Virus record (IMG/VR): IMGVR_UViG_3300027628_000003
Coordinates: 1 to 64,000 of that record
DNA: 64,000 bases
Reading direction: 5' to 3' (one strand)
DNA from: a virus
Below, in pieces: positions 16,360 to 25,109 of this stretch. How positions within the stretch are numbered: the stretch's first letter is position 1; each line of letters opens with the position of its first letter. The notes under the pieces are model-generated. The model saw nothing but the letters and a program-made list of their open reading frames with translations. It did no database searches and was not told the DNA's origin. A program made the translations under genes and the position numbers.

Positions 16360-16669
16360 ATTTCTTAACTAACTGTAGGAAGTACTCTTCAGCAGTGAAG
16401 ACGTCAAAAGTACTACCCAAAGCCTGTTCAACATCATGTACAGCTATAGGAGGAATGTTGTTCTTAATCAGGTGACCACTAGTACCATTAAAACTAGTTA
16501 ACAGGGTTCCATCTATTTGCATGCTTCCTCCAGTACTATTGTTGTAGTTCACATGCTCAGTAACTAAATACGTAGCACCAAACCCACCGTTCTCAACTAT
16601 AATACTGCCAGCCTCAATCCTTACATCAGATGGTGCAACTTCAGGTTTAACTACTTGCATATCATCCAC
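16358..16669 (-). CDS. hypothetical protein (paralogue of 16748..17056)
   Basis: 103 aa. Shares ...G(S/T)I(I/V)V...AYL(V/L)...LG(S/T)T...(T/Y)(A/T)EEY(F/M)L.L(V/I).KK with its neighbour. Has its own terminator. Confidence 0.6.
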   Translation of the reverse strand: MDDMQVVKPEVAPSDVRIEAGSIIVENGGFGATYLVTEHVNYNNSTGGSMQIDGTLLTSFNGTSGHLIKNNIPPIAVHDVEQALGSTFDVFTAEEYFLQLVKK

Positions 16670-16731
16670 TCCCTTAATTAAGTATCGTCCAGCAATTATT
16701 AATTTCCTTTATATGGAAAAAGTCTCATACC

Positions 16732-16760
16732 AAAAGAAAAAGCACTCCTAAGAGCGCTTT
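16732..16760 (-). terminator. intrinsic terminator
   Basis: AAAGCGCTC-TTAG-GAGTGCTTT followed by TTCTTTTG. Confidence 0.6.
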
Positions 16761-17056
16761 TGTCTTTTCTTTGCTATTAAGTCTAGCATGTATTCTTCTG
16801 TTGTGTACAAGACAAAATTAGTAGTGCCTAAGGTGTTCTCAATGTCCCCATAACACACAGCCTCACATGGTTCAGAGTCAACCCTACATATAGTCCAGTA
16901 TTTGTCTCCATGTAGACTAGCTAAATATGGAGTGTCTGGGTCAGCGGGGTTCACCGCTAGCAAGTATGCTTGGTCAGTGTCTGCATCTACTACAATAGTT
17001 CCAACCCTCTCAGGTAATCGTATACTTTTATCTTTAGTTGGGATTCTTATTTCCAT
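16748..17056 (-). CDS. hypothetical protein (paralogue of 16358..16669)
   Basis: 102 aa. See its paralogue. Has its own terminator. Confidence 0.6.
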   Translation of the reverse strand: MEIRIPTKDKSIRLPERVGTIVVDADTDQAYLLAVNPADPDTPYLASLHGDKYWTICRVDSEPCEAVCYGDIENTLGTTNFVLYTTEEYMLDLIAKKRQKRS

Positions 17057-17292
17057 TTCGTGTCATCTCCTTTTATAGGTTTCCAATCCTTTACAGGTGT
17101 AACTCTTCCTTCTTCAGTTATTACATACATGTCTCTCTTGCGTTCACTATTATAGAACTGGGCAGCAGCATACAGAGCTATAAGAACAAATATAAAGGTA
17201 GATATATAATCTTGGGAATGAAGAAGGGAGTATATCCCTGTCCCCAAGCACGTCAATATTACCGAGAAGATAGATAGTCTAGCTATTAGCAT
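17047..17292 (-). CDS. small membrane protein
   Basis: 81 aa with two hydrophobic segments (LSIFSVILTCLGTGIYSLL, ISTFIFVLIALYAAAQF). Confidence 0.55.
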   Translation of the reverse strand: MLIARLSIFSVILTCLGTGIYSLLHSQDYISTFIFVLIALYAAAQFYNSERKRDMYVITEEGRVTPVKDWKPIKGDDTKWK

Positions 17293-17645
17293 TAATCTTC
17301 CTCCTTCTTAGTTTTATCTTTTAGGTACTTCTCCACCTCAGCCCAAGTGTTTACTAGCTTTTCTTGTAGTTCCCAAGGAAGCTCACGGATGGATATATCA
17401 TGTACATCTAGATGAGAGCGTCTACGTGGGGCAACCCCAAACATTCTGCATATATCCTCGTTACCCTTACTGCGTTGTTGCACCTTTATATAACCATCAA
17501 GACTGTCAACCTGTCTAGGGGGTTCAGCATTGATGCCATTAGTGTACACAGGTTGCATACGTGATGAAAACCTTAGGCTAATTCCAAGCATCGTGATAGC
17601 TGTATTCTTATCTAGATGAAACTCCTCACCTAGGAATGGCTTCAT
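17292..17645 (-). CDS. hypothetical protein
   Basis: 117 aa, 1-nt and 4-nt overlaps with its neighbours. Confidence 0.6.
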   Translation of the reverse strand: MKPFLGEEFHLDKNTAITMLGISLRFSSRMQPVYTNGINAEPPRQVDSLDGYIKVQQRSKGNEDICRMFGVAPRRRSHLDVHDISIRELPWELQEKLVNTWAEVEKYLKDKTKKEED

Positions 17646-17926
17646 ATTAACACCCCTTCCAGCTTTACAACACGAACCTCAACCCAACCCTTATAAGAAT
17701 GGTTAACATCTTCCTCACAATGATGTACAATGCGAACGACTCTGTAATACTTTACCTCACCTTTTCCTTCTCGGTCAAATTGCTTATAAGCTATTATGTC
17801 TCCTTCTTTAGGTATCTGAGATACTGGGTCGCTCCATCCATAGTGGCGTCCTCCGTCACTATGCTTGTTAATCCATTCACCCATGTCATCAAGTATCTTA
17901 ATCTTACTATTCTTTCTCATCCTCAT
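17642..17926 (-). CDS. hypothetical protein
   Basis: 94 aa, ATGA overlap downstream. Confidence 0.6.
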   Translation of the reverse strand: MRMRKNSKIKILDDMGEWINKHSDGGRHYGWSDPVSQIPKEGDIIAYKQFDREGKGEVKYYRVVRIVHHCEEDVNHSYKGWVEVRVVKLEGVLI

Positions 17927-17932
17927 CCACTC

Positions 17933-18232
17933 CTATCTTTTTAGTGCTAATATAAACCCAACCACCATCATACCGCTCCAAGGTAGTGCAAGAACTACGA
18001 GGTAATAGTTGCCTAATATAACTGCTAGACACATTCCCAGCAACCCAACCAGTACACCTACTGTTGTTAGGAACGCAGAAGGATAGGCTAAATCCTCATT
18101 TTTCAGCACATATAGAGCAAAGCAACTGTTGATAATAATAACTAAGGTTATAACTGCCATATCATCTGTGAAGTACGTCATTCCTATGCAGACAGTTAAC
18201 ATTAATGCAAATATTACTTGTCCAATCTTCAT
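17933..18232 (-). CDS. membrane protein (3 predicted helices)
   Basis: Start moved to the ATG at 18232 (AAAGGAGAATAAC-ATG, immediately after the upstream stop). MKIGQVIFALMLTVCIG... is hydrophobic throughout. Confidence 0.6.
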   Translation of the reverse strand: MKIGQVIFALMLTVCIGMTYFTDDMAVITLVIIINSCFALYVLKNEDLAYPSAFLTTVGVLVGLLGMCLAVILGNYYLVVLALPWSGMMVVGFILALKR

Positions 18233-18233
18233 G

Positions 18234-18440
18234 TTATTCTCCTTTCTTCTTAACACACATATCGTAGCTAAGTTCGATGTCTTTCATAGTCTGTTTCTTG
18301 CCCTGTTCTATGCCTGCCTTAACGCCTTTCTCATAACCTTTATCATAGATAGAGTCCAGAAGTGACCACGTTCCCAAGCTTACACTTACACAAAAGAAAG
18401 CACCTAAAAAGCCAGACCAGAAAGCAGTTTTACCCTTCAT
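18234..18440 (-). CDS. small membrane protein
   Basis: 68 aa with N-terminal helix AFWSGFLGAFFCVSVSLGTWSLL. Confidence 0.55.
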   Translation of the reverse strand: MKGKTAFWSGFLGAFFCVSVSLGTWSLLDSIYDKGYEKGVKAGIEQGKKQTMKDIELSYDMCVKKKGE

Positions 18441-18571
18441 TCCTTAATCAATCCTTCCTCTACTAGTTTATGATACATTTCCATGTTACCATCTGACCTT
18501 CCTAGGAAGTAGAAGCAGGCACAAACCAGAATAGCAACTACCACAAAGTAGGCAATAGTTACCTTATTCAT
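18437..18571 (-). CDS. small membrane protein (44 aa)
   Basis: MNKVTIAYFVVVAILVCACFYFLG.... The start overlaps the upstream gene by 8 nt and the stop overlaps the next start (ATGA). Below the track cutoff. Confidence 0.45.
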   Translation of the reverse strand: MNKVTIAYFVVVAILVCACFYFLGRSDGNMEMYHKLVEEGLIKE

Positions 18572-18869
18572 TCCCTACACCCCTTCTCTTCTTATGAACT
18601 TGCTTAGTCAGTGCTAAACTACCACAGATGCCCAATATCTCATGGTCAGGCATCTCTTCACACTTACGAATGAAGTAGTTAAGGTCAAAGTCGGCATTTA
18701 GTAGCACTGGAGTACCTTTCCCTTGCTCTACTGGTTGTCCATGCTCGAACTTCTCACCCTTAATGAATACCCCTTCATGCTCCCTAGAGTAAACAAGTTC
18801 ATGACCATCCATCTTCACAGTGATATTATCATACATTAGAGCTTCTAGTACTTTAACTGCCTTGTTCAT
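18564..18869 (-). CDS. hypothetical protein
   Basis: 101 aa, 1-nt overlap with the upstream gene. Confidence 0.6.
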   Translation of the reverse strand: MNKAVKVLEALMYDNITVKMDGHELVYSREHEGVFIKGEKFEHGQPVEQGKGTPVLLNADFDLNYFIRKCEEMPDHEILGICGSLALTKQVHKKRRGVGNE

Positions 18870-19159
18870 TAGATACCCTCCTTAATTGGCTCGTCATACT
18901 CACATAGAAAGGCTGTCACTCTTGTGTTGCCATCACGGTGTAGTATAGTTTGTTTACCATTTTCTACATTCTCTACGTGAACCTGTACAACCGCCCCAAA
19001 TTTGTTCTTTACATCTAAGACCTTATGCATTGCCCATTTCTCACTTTTGAATAGGGGAATGCCAAATATCTTCACCCATTCCTTCTCACCAGTAGGTAAG
19101 TGAAGGGCATGACCCTCTTTTAGATTCCAGTAGGCAATATATCCATCAGCTATTTTCAT
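18869..19159 (-). CDS. hypothetical protein
   Basis: 96 aa, tightly packed. Confidence 0.6.
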   Translation of the reverse strand: MKIADGYIAYWNLKEGHALHLPTGEKEWVKIFGIPLFKSEKWAMHKVLDVKNKFGAVVQVHVENVENGKQTILHRDGNTRVTAFLCEYDEPIKEGI

Positions 19160-19160
19160 A

Positions 19161-19571
19161 TCAATCCCCCTTTCTCATTAAAGGCAGTAATTTGTTATGA
19201 TTCTCAATCAGTCTTAGTAAAGCCTTATAGTCATACTCAGTTCCTGACCAGTAATAATTATTCAAGGCACCAAGGATATTCCTATCATCTTTCTTCCTAG
19301 TCACTCTTATATGGAATGGCTCCCATTCATCAGAGAATAGGTGATATTCTGGAGTGTGATAATTCTCATCGAATGTACCTCCAGCACCACAGCCTCTCCA
19401 TATTACTATATTTTGTAGTTTGATTGCTAAATCTCTTAGCTCATCCTTGCTGATATTGAATCTGCGTTCCTCATGTTTAGGTTTATCTGCCTTATCCTCA
19501 TGACTTAGTGGACTTAATTTAGCCCCTTGTTGGGCTAAACCATGCAACACCTTCAGTTCTAATTGGTTCAT
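19161..19571 (-). CDS. hypothetical protein
   Basis: 136 aa. A hairpin at about 19590-19625 lies upstream. Confidence 0.6.
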   Translation of the reverse strand: MNQLELKVLHGLAQQGAKLSPLSHEDKADKPKHEERRFNISKDELRDLAIKLQNIVIWRGCGAGGTFDENYHTPEYHLFSDEWEPFHIRVTRKKDDRNILGALNNYYWSGTEYDYKALLRLIENHNKLLPLMRKGD

Positions 19572-19627
19572 TCTCTCGCCCCCTTCACATTAAAAGAAGG
19601 AGAAGACCAAAAGTCCTCTCCCTCGTA

Positions 19628-19978
19628 TCATTTGGGTCTGATTGTTAGTACTACGTTCTCTAACGCTCTAAAGTGATCGCCACTGCCACCTTCCACACAG
19701 GTGTCTAAGCAACAATCCCCCTCTAGAACGTGCTTGCCATGAGCACTAACCAGCTTAAAGCTGACTGTCTCAGCTTGCATAAAGCAGTCCATTACTGGAG
19801 TAGGGACGACCATTCTCTTAATCTTTAGGTTGCAAGTACCTCTGTATAGTGATGTTATCTGTGTCTCTATTTGGTGAGGGACTGATACACCTGCTATCCA
19901 TAAGTGAGTCTCTGGTGTTATCTCCGTGTCTACCCTGAATTCTGTCATGAATGATAAGTCTACTTCTTGATTAGCCAT
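19628..19978 (-). CDS. hypothetical protein, member 4 of a tandem four-gene set
   Basis: Start moved to the ATG at 19978 (TAATG overlap with the upstream stop; RBS ggagatgaatatata). 116 aa. Confidence 0.55.
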   Translation of the reverse strand: MANQEVDLSFMTEFRVDTEITPETHLWIAGVSVPHQIETQITSLYRGTCNLKIKRMVVPTPVMDCFMQAETVSFKLVSAHGKHVLEGDCCLDTCVEGGSGDHFRALENVVLTIRPK

Positions 19979-20346
19979 TATATATTCATCTCCAAATAAG
20001 TTTTTTGCCAAGGTCTTAGATAAGGCACAATACGGAATCGTGCTTGTCGTAGATGAACCTTATCACCATCACGTTTTACAGATGTCGCAGCACAGTACTC
20101 TGTAAAGCCTTGGTGTAGAGTATAAGTCTGACTACCCTCATGTGTTTGGTGTATAAGGGCAAGATGTAATTTGTCCTTTAGCCTATCATAAATATCAGCA
20201 GGCAAGGTAATATAATGGGTAAAGATATCCCAGCTATCTCCATTGACTCTTTCCAGATAGAAAGGCTTGCCCAGTACTATATCCTTCTTTTGTGCATGTG
20301 GTATATCCACTCCATCAATGGTTAGGGTAGTTACTTCCATCTCCAT
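19978..20346 (-). CDS. hypothetical protein, member 3 of a tandem four-gene set
   Basis: Start moved to the ATG at 20346 (TAATG overlap). Reads MEMEVTTLTIDGVDIPH.... Confidence 0.55.
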   Translation of the reverse strand: MEMEVTTLTIDGVDIPHAQKKDIVLGKPFYLERVNGDSWDIFTHYITLPADIYDRLKDKLHLALIHQTHEGSQTYTLHQGFTEYCAATSVKRDGDKVHLRQARFRIVPYLRPWQKTYLEMNI

Positions 20347-20696
20347 TACTCCACCACCCAACTAGGGTTTACTCGAAGAGTAACGCCACCAATAGTCTCC
20401 ATGTGGTCAAGTGTATGTCGTGAGTAGTAGCTAACAGAGGATAATTTACCTGTGAATGCTCTGTTTGCTATGGACGTACTCCCTTTTCTACCATCAGTTA
20501 TCACAGTCTTACAATGTGTAGCAGCTATCTTTGACCTACTGTTTGGTAGCTGTTTCCAGTCTTCTTCAGGTAATGTCATGGAATTGAGGTGAATGACAGC
20601 CCCTCCATTTGGTGACCTTTCTATACGTAACCCTTCGTGGTCTATCTCCACACCATTAATGTGAAGTGTACTCTTATTAGTAACAGTGATTCCCAT
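20346..20696 (-). CDS. hypothetical protein, member 2 of a tandem four-gene set
   Basis: 116 aa, MGITVTNKSTLHINGVEIDH.... RBS agggaggaattaaa. Confidence 0.6.
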   Translation of the reverse strand: MGITVTNKSTLHINGVEIDHEGLRIERSPNGGAVIHLNSMTLPEEDWKQLPNSRSKIAATHCKTVITDGRKGSTSIANRAFTGKLSSVSYYSRHTLDHMETIGGVTLRVNPSWVVE

Positions 20697-20708
20697 TTTA
20701 ATTCCTCC

Positions 20709-21059
20709 CTATTTTAAATGTAATACAAAGTGGACATGATTTAGAACCAACATATCCAGTTCTACCCACTTCTCTTCGTAGCTATTAATGCCTATATGAC
20801 CCTCAAACCTAGTAGCATAACGGGTAGGCTCAGCTCCAGCCATGATAGGTTGGGCATAACCTTTATCATAATCTAGACATCCTTCAGCCCACACATGATT
20901 GGTTAGAACTCCCATAAGCTCCTTTGGAAATAGTATCCTACGTAATTGGAAGTATAGTGTTCTATTACGTATTTGCATTTCCATATCTCCAGGTATGATG
21001 ATGGGAATGTCCTTACCGTTGATGTAAAGGGTGTGGTCTTGTGGTTGAACTATATGCAT
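20709..21059 (-). CDS. hypothetical protein, member 1 of a tandem four-gene set
   Basis: 116 aa, MHIVQPQDHTLYINGKDIPI.... RBS aaggaggggagagagc. Confidence 0.6.
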   Translation of the reverse strand: MHIVQPQDHTLYINGKDIPIIIPGDMEMQIRNRTLYFQLRRILFPKELMGVLTNHVWAEGCLDYDKGYAQPIMAGAEPTRYATRFEGHIGINSYEEKWVELDMLVLNHVHFVLHLK

Positions 21060-21153
21060 GCTCTCTCCCCTCCTTACAAAAAAGAATGCAAAAGAAAAAA
21101 GTTTTCTTTTATAGGAAAAAGGAGGTGACGTACTTTTTTATAGGGTGAAAATA

Positions 21154-21360
21154 AGGGGGTGGGGGTTGTAGAAAAGGGGTAGGGGGTGTATTTGGGGGGG
21201 TGTCGGGGGAGGTAGGGGGTGATGATGGGTTAGAAAAGTGGGGAGTGGTGCGTTGTGGTAGTGGGTTGGGGCGTGTGTGAGACTCCAAAGGAAACATGAT
21301 TCCTTACGTAGGCGAAAAAAGAAAACTTTAGGGGGTGGGGGTTAGAGATAGGGGGTGGTG
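21154..21360 (+). repeat. G-tract repeat region (TAGGGGGTG x4-5; many G4-G7 runs)
   Basis: aaGGGGGTGGGGGttg (21154), aaGGGGTAGGGGGTGta (21176), ttGGGGGGGtgtcGGGGGaggTAGGGGGTGat (21194-21222), then tTAGGGGGTGGGGGtta (21330) and aTAGGGGGTGgtg (21350). Confidence 0.8.
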
Positions 21361-21361
21361 C

Positions 21362-21526
21362 CTACCCACCCCGTACCTCTGGGTTCACTCGCTTCACTCC
21401 TGTACTTGTGTGTAGCCAGCTGTCATCCCTTATTGTCTTGCCATCCTTAGTCTTGATTAATCCCTCTGTGCCCTCACGCTTATGCACAGGCTTAACACTC
21501 TTGAACTGTCTCAGCTTATCACTCAT
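21362..21526 (-). CDS. small ORF (54 aa) carrying a KDGKT...W motif
   Basis: AAGGAGAAGATATAG-ATG, so the start abuts the stop of 21527..23398. Reads MSDKLRQFKSVKPVHKREGTEGLIKTKDGKTIRDDSWLHTSTGVKRVNPEVRGG. Below the track cutoff. Confidence 0.4.
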   Translation of the reverse strand: MSDKLRQFKSVKPVHKREGTEGLIKTKDGKTIRDDSWLHTSTGVKRVNPEVRGG

Positions 21527-23398
21527 CTATATCTTCTCCTTGTCCATTAGTCTTGAATATTGCTCTAGTTCTTCATCACTGATATCATCTAAGTCATCTA
21601 AGTCCTCTAGGTCTTCATAGTCTAAGTCCTCTTGCCCTGTGTCAGCTAGGTAGCTGTCAACCTTACTGTCACGTAGTTGCTCTTGGTATGCTTCACCATC
21701 AGTGTTGATATGCTTCTCAGCTTCCCATGATGACTTACTAGTAAGCATGAATGCCTTACCCAAGTGAGCATCACCTTTGATATCCTCAAAGTCATGTGCT
21801 GTCAGGTCATACCTGTAGCCATCATCTAGTTCAGCGAACTCCCAAGCATGCTCTAGGTCATCAACACTGTCATACCCACAGGCGTTCATGACTTCCTCTT
21901 CATCCCAACCGTTCTTATCTATGAACTCCCTAAGCTCTGACTTAGCAGTCTTTAGCTCATAACTGTCAGCAAAGTCAAAGCCCTTGCTCTTGTCAGCCCA
22001 TGCATAACAGCCTACTGTGATGTTAGCATTTATGCTTATCTTAACCTTGTTGCCCTTTGCCATGTGCTTCCACATCTGTTCACTTCTGTTATACACATTG
22101 CTTGCAATGCCTATATTCTGATAGTCCTCATCTATCTCTAATGCATCGTTATGCACTACTAGGGAGCCATCGTGGTCACGACCAATTGTACGGTTGATAA
22201 TACCAGCATGGAATCCATCCTTTGATTTAAGCTTGATAGCCATAGACCAGTTGATATCATATTTACCCATGCCTAAGTCAAACACATCAGGATGGATGAG
22301 AGCTATATGGGCAGTGTACTTGCCTTCAGGTGAGCTAAACACATGCTCTATAGCACTAGGTGACAGTTCACCAAATATATCCTTAGCTGAAGCCTTAGCA
22401 GCATCCAATGGGCTGTTAAGCATATGCTTCATTGCTCTCTCATGTTGTTCATGTAGCTCATCATACTTGTCTTGGTCTCCTAGCAGGTCAGCTACTGTAT
22501 CCTCATCCATGTTCTCCAACTCATCAAAGTCTATACTTTGAGTGATTGCTTCCTTTTTGTTCTTCCCTTGCATCTCTTTCTCAGTGGCTTCCCTACGCCA
22601 CTTAGCCATGTTATTAATCTTGTCATCGTGTGACTCTAGGCTAGGGTCATAGTCCTCTGGTGTGCCATATGCAGGCTTCTCATCAGCCTTAGGCTTATCC
22701 TCAACCACTAGCTTTGGCTCTTCCTTAGGTTGTTCTGGCTCTTGCTTATCAGGGTCTGGCTCCATAGCCTTGACAGCATTATACTGTGGACTATCCTCAC
22801 CATATGTCATCTTGGTTAGCTCCTTGGCTCTCTCCATATCAGCACCATTCATGCCCATAGTAGCCCAACCAATGTCCATTGTAGAGCCTTCATCAAGAGT
22901 CTGTAGGAATGAGTGAGGTAGTTGCTCACTTAACTCACCCATACGCTCAGCTTCTAACTTTGTATGACCAGCATCATTAATCATAGCAGTATGCTGGAAG
23001 AAGTCACCATCATGAATAGCTAAGTACTTGTTAGCACCATGCCTGATGTGGTTATCTGTGAACTGTCCACCCATAGCTGACTCCTTGGTCTCAGGTAGAT
23101 ACACAGGACTCTTAGTGTGTAGCTTGTTCTTCAGTGCTCTCTCACTATGAATCCCTTGTGCAGCTAGCGCTTGCTTATACTGTGGATGTTCGTTGATACC
23201 ATGTCTCATTGCCTCTTTCAAGTGGTCTTCATTATGGATTGCCCTCATACCATGACCAGTACTGGCATCCCATGGATTCACCCATTGCATACGGAAGAAC
23301 GTCTTACCGTCCTTCCCTTTAACCATTACACGCTTACGTGTCAGCTTACCAGTGTTGAGTGTGTGCATTCCCTTGCTTATGTTTATATACAGTTCCAT
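21527..23398 (-). CDS. large acidic protein sharing an N-terminal module with the ParB polyvalent protein (probable virion/ejected protein)
   Basis: Start moved to the ATG at 23398 (MELYINISKG...), 2 nt after the terminase stop. LNTGKLTRKRVMVKGKDGKTFFRMQWVNPWD matches LNRGKLVKRRVMVKGKDGKVFYRMQWIDPND of 9093..11891. It has D/E-rich linkers. YQNIGIASNVY weakly resembles a GNAT acetyl-CoA loop. Confidence 0.7.
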   Translation of the reverse strand: MELYINISKGMHTLNTGKLTRKRVMVKGKDGKTFFRMQWVNPWDASTGHGMRAIHNEDHLKEAMRHGINEHPQYKQALAAQGIHSERALKNKLHTKSPVYLPETKESAMGGQFTDNHIRHGANKYLAIHDGDFFQHTAMINDAGHTKLEAERMGELSEQLPHSFLQTLDEGSTMDIGWATMGMNGADMERAKELTKMTYGEDSPQYNAVKAMEPDPDKQEPEQPKEEPKLVVEDKPKADEKPAYGTPEDYDPSLESHDDKINNMAKWRREATEKEMQGKNKKEAITQSIDFDELENMDEDTVADLLGDQDKYDELHEQHERAMKHMLNSPLDAAKASAKDIFGELSPSAIEHVFSSPEGKYTAHIALIHPDVFDLGMGKYDINWSMAIKLKSKDGFHAGIINRTIGRDHDGSLVVHNDALEIDEDYQNIGIASNVYNRSEQMWKHMAKGNKVKISINANITVGCYAWADKSKGFDFADSYELKTAKSELREFIDKNGWDEEEVMNACGYDSVDDLEHAWEFAELDDGYRYDLTAHDFEDIKGDAHLGKAFMLTSKSSWEAEKHINTDGEAYQEQLRDSKVDSYLADTGQEDLDYEDLEDLDDLDDISDEELEQYSRLMDKEKI

Positions 23399-23402
23399 AT
23401 CC

Positions 23403-25079
23403 TCACATCCTATCGTATCCAAATGTTCCACCACCAGAAGGCATGAAGTCATAATCAAGGTTAGTGCTAGGCTCATGCAACGCAAGTATCCTGTCAAGAG
23501 CTATATACGCATATGTTAATGAACAGGCTAAGTGGTCATCCCCTACACGTGTTACCCTTTCATACACTTCTCCATCTTCCTCTTCCATTATGGTTCTCAC
23601 GTTCTTTAAGTGCTTGGTTAACATATCCAGCTTCTCACACTGACCAAACATCCCTATTGCTCTTGCTTTCAGGTTGTATAGAGTACGCTTCATCTTAGTA
23701 GTCTTGTCAACCCTTACACGTCTACCTTTGTCATTCCATGCATCCACAAGAGGTATTGATGTTCTAGGTGTATCCCAGTCACATGCATATACTCTACCTG
23801 GGAACTGTTGCATCAAGTAACTGTTTCGGTCAGCCCCAAAACCATTATCGGCAACAATCACATCAGGGTCAAATGGCTTCAATAGAGCTGTGAAGATGTT
23901 AACGCTCTCTAATGGCTTGTTAGGGTTGTCAGCTACCCAATGCAGGTCTAGCAGGTCTACACGGTTGTCATGAGTAAGACCTAACACTACCATCCAGTTG
24001 AAGTAACCCCAGTCTACTCCAGCTACAATCTTCTGATACTTTGAATAATCCCTGTAACCTATTGGCTCTTCATACTTCTTACACGCAAGTATGTCTTGGT
24101 CAGTGATAAGCAAGCCTTCAGATGCATAAGGTATACCAATAACGTAGTTATAGAACAATTGCTTAATCTTATACTGGAATTGGTTACGCATTATCTCATC
24201 AGCATTAATCCATACAGCGTCTAGCTGACTGATGTGATAGCCACGTATCTCATGCACATCTGGGTGCTTTGCTACGTACTCACCTTGGTGCCAACGGTTA
24301 AGCTCTTGCTTACACTTGCTACAGATGAACATGAACGTTCCGTTCTGTATTTGCTCCCTAACTATATCAATACCATCATCCTTGACCTGTAGGATGTTAT
24401 CCTCAACAGTAAGGAATTGCCAATGGTTACACTTCTCACACTTGTGATGGTAGAAGCGTTGGTCACTCTTCTGGAATAGTAAATCCACTCCACGACCAGG
24501 TATAGTAGGAGTACTCCAACGTCTCATTAGACCATATGCAGATGACTTCATAGACTCACGGAAGGCTAGCTCCACTCCATCTTTCATACGGTCATACTCA
24601 TCCAGTCCTAGCATATCAATATCGGTACCCTCACCCAGTGCACTACCCCACGCTGAACGTAGGAACAACACTGATTGATTAGTAAGCTTTTTAAGACGAA
24701 CGTTGTTCATCTTAGGGTCAAGACGACTGTTCAAGTATGCTGACTCAGTAAAGATAGGAGTTATACGAGTGTTACTAAAATCCTCCATTTGCTCTTTACG
24801 TGGGAACGTATACATGGCTTTAGTATTTGGATGAGTGTCCAAGAACCATGTAAACTCTGTGATAGCCATCTCTGACAGACCTAACTGACGTGACTTACGT
24901 ACTACCTTATCAGGGTGCTGGTCATTAAGGATGTCTATTTGCCAAGGTCTATGTTTGATTGCATTCTTCGTACTATGGAATGTAAGGGGGTTTCCCTTGA
25001 TGAATCTATGTCTCAACGCATATAGAGATGGTGTCTTGTTTATTAGCATCTCTTGCAGTTGTGCTTTGGATATTTGCAT
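23403..25079 (-). CDS. terminase large subunit
   Basis: 558 aa with RBS aaggagggagaaag. ATPase motifs are KSRQLGLSEM (Walker-A-like) and DMLGLDEYDRM (Walker B). The C-terminal nuclease-type acidic motifs are VAGVDWG and VGDDHLACSLTYA. Confidence 0.75.
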   Translation of the reverse strand: MQISKAQLQEMLINKTPSLYALRHRFIKGNPLTFHSTKNAIKHRPWQIDILNDQHPDKVVRKSRQLGLSEMAITEFTWFLDTHPNTKAMYTFPRKEQMEDFSNTRITPIFTESAYLNSRLDPKMNNVRLKKLTNQSVLFLRSAWGSALGEGTDIDMLGLDEYDRMKDGVELAFRESMKSSAYGLMRRWSTPTIPGRGVDLLFQKSDQRFYHHKCEKCNHWQFLTVEDNILQVKDDGIDIVREQIQNGTFMFICSKCKQELNRWHQGEYVAKHPDVHEIRGYHISQLDAVWINADEIMRNQFQYKIKQLFYNYVIGIPYASEGLLITDQDILACKKYEEPIGYRDYSKYQKIVAGVDWGYFNWMVVLGLTHDNRVDLLDLHWVADNPNKPLESVNIFTALLKPFDPDVIVADNGFGADRNSYLMQQFPGRVYACDWDTPRTSIPLVDAWNDKGRRVRVDKTTKMKRTLYNLKARAIGMFGQCEKLDMLTKHLKNVRTIMEEEDGEVYERVTRVGDDHLACSLTYAYIALDRILALHEPSTNLDYDFMPSGGGTFGYDRM

Positions 25080-25109
25080 CTTTCTCCCTCCTTAATAGAT
25101 AAAGGGGGT

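Noticed and set aside
21109-21297. 62-aa minus-strand ORF rich in proline (PPTSPDTPPNTPPTPFLQPPPP).
   Set aside because: It is the antisense translation of the G-tract repeat island. It has no RBS and its low-complexity composition is dictated by the C-runs.
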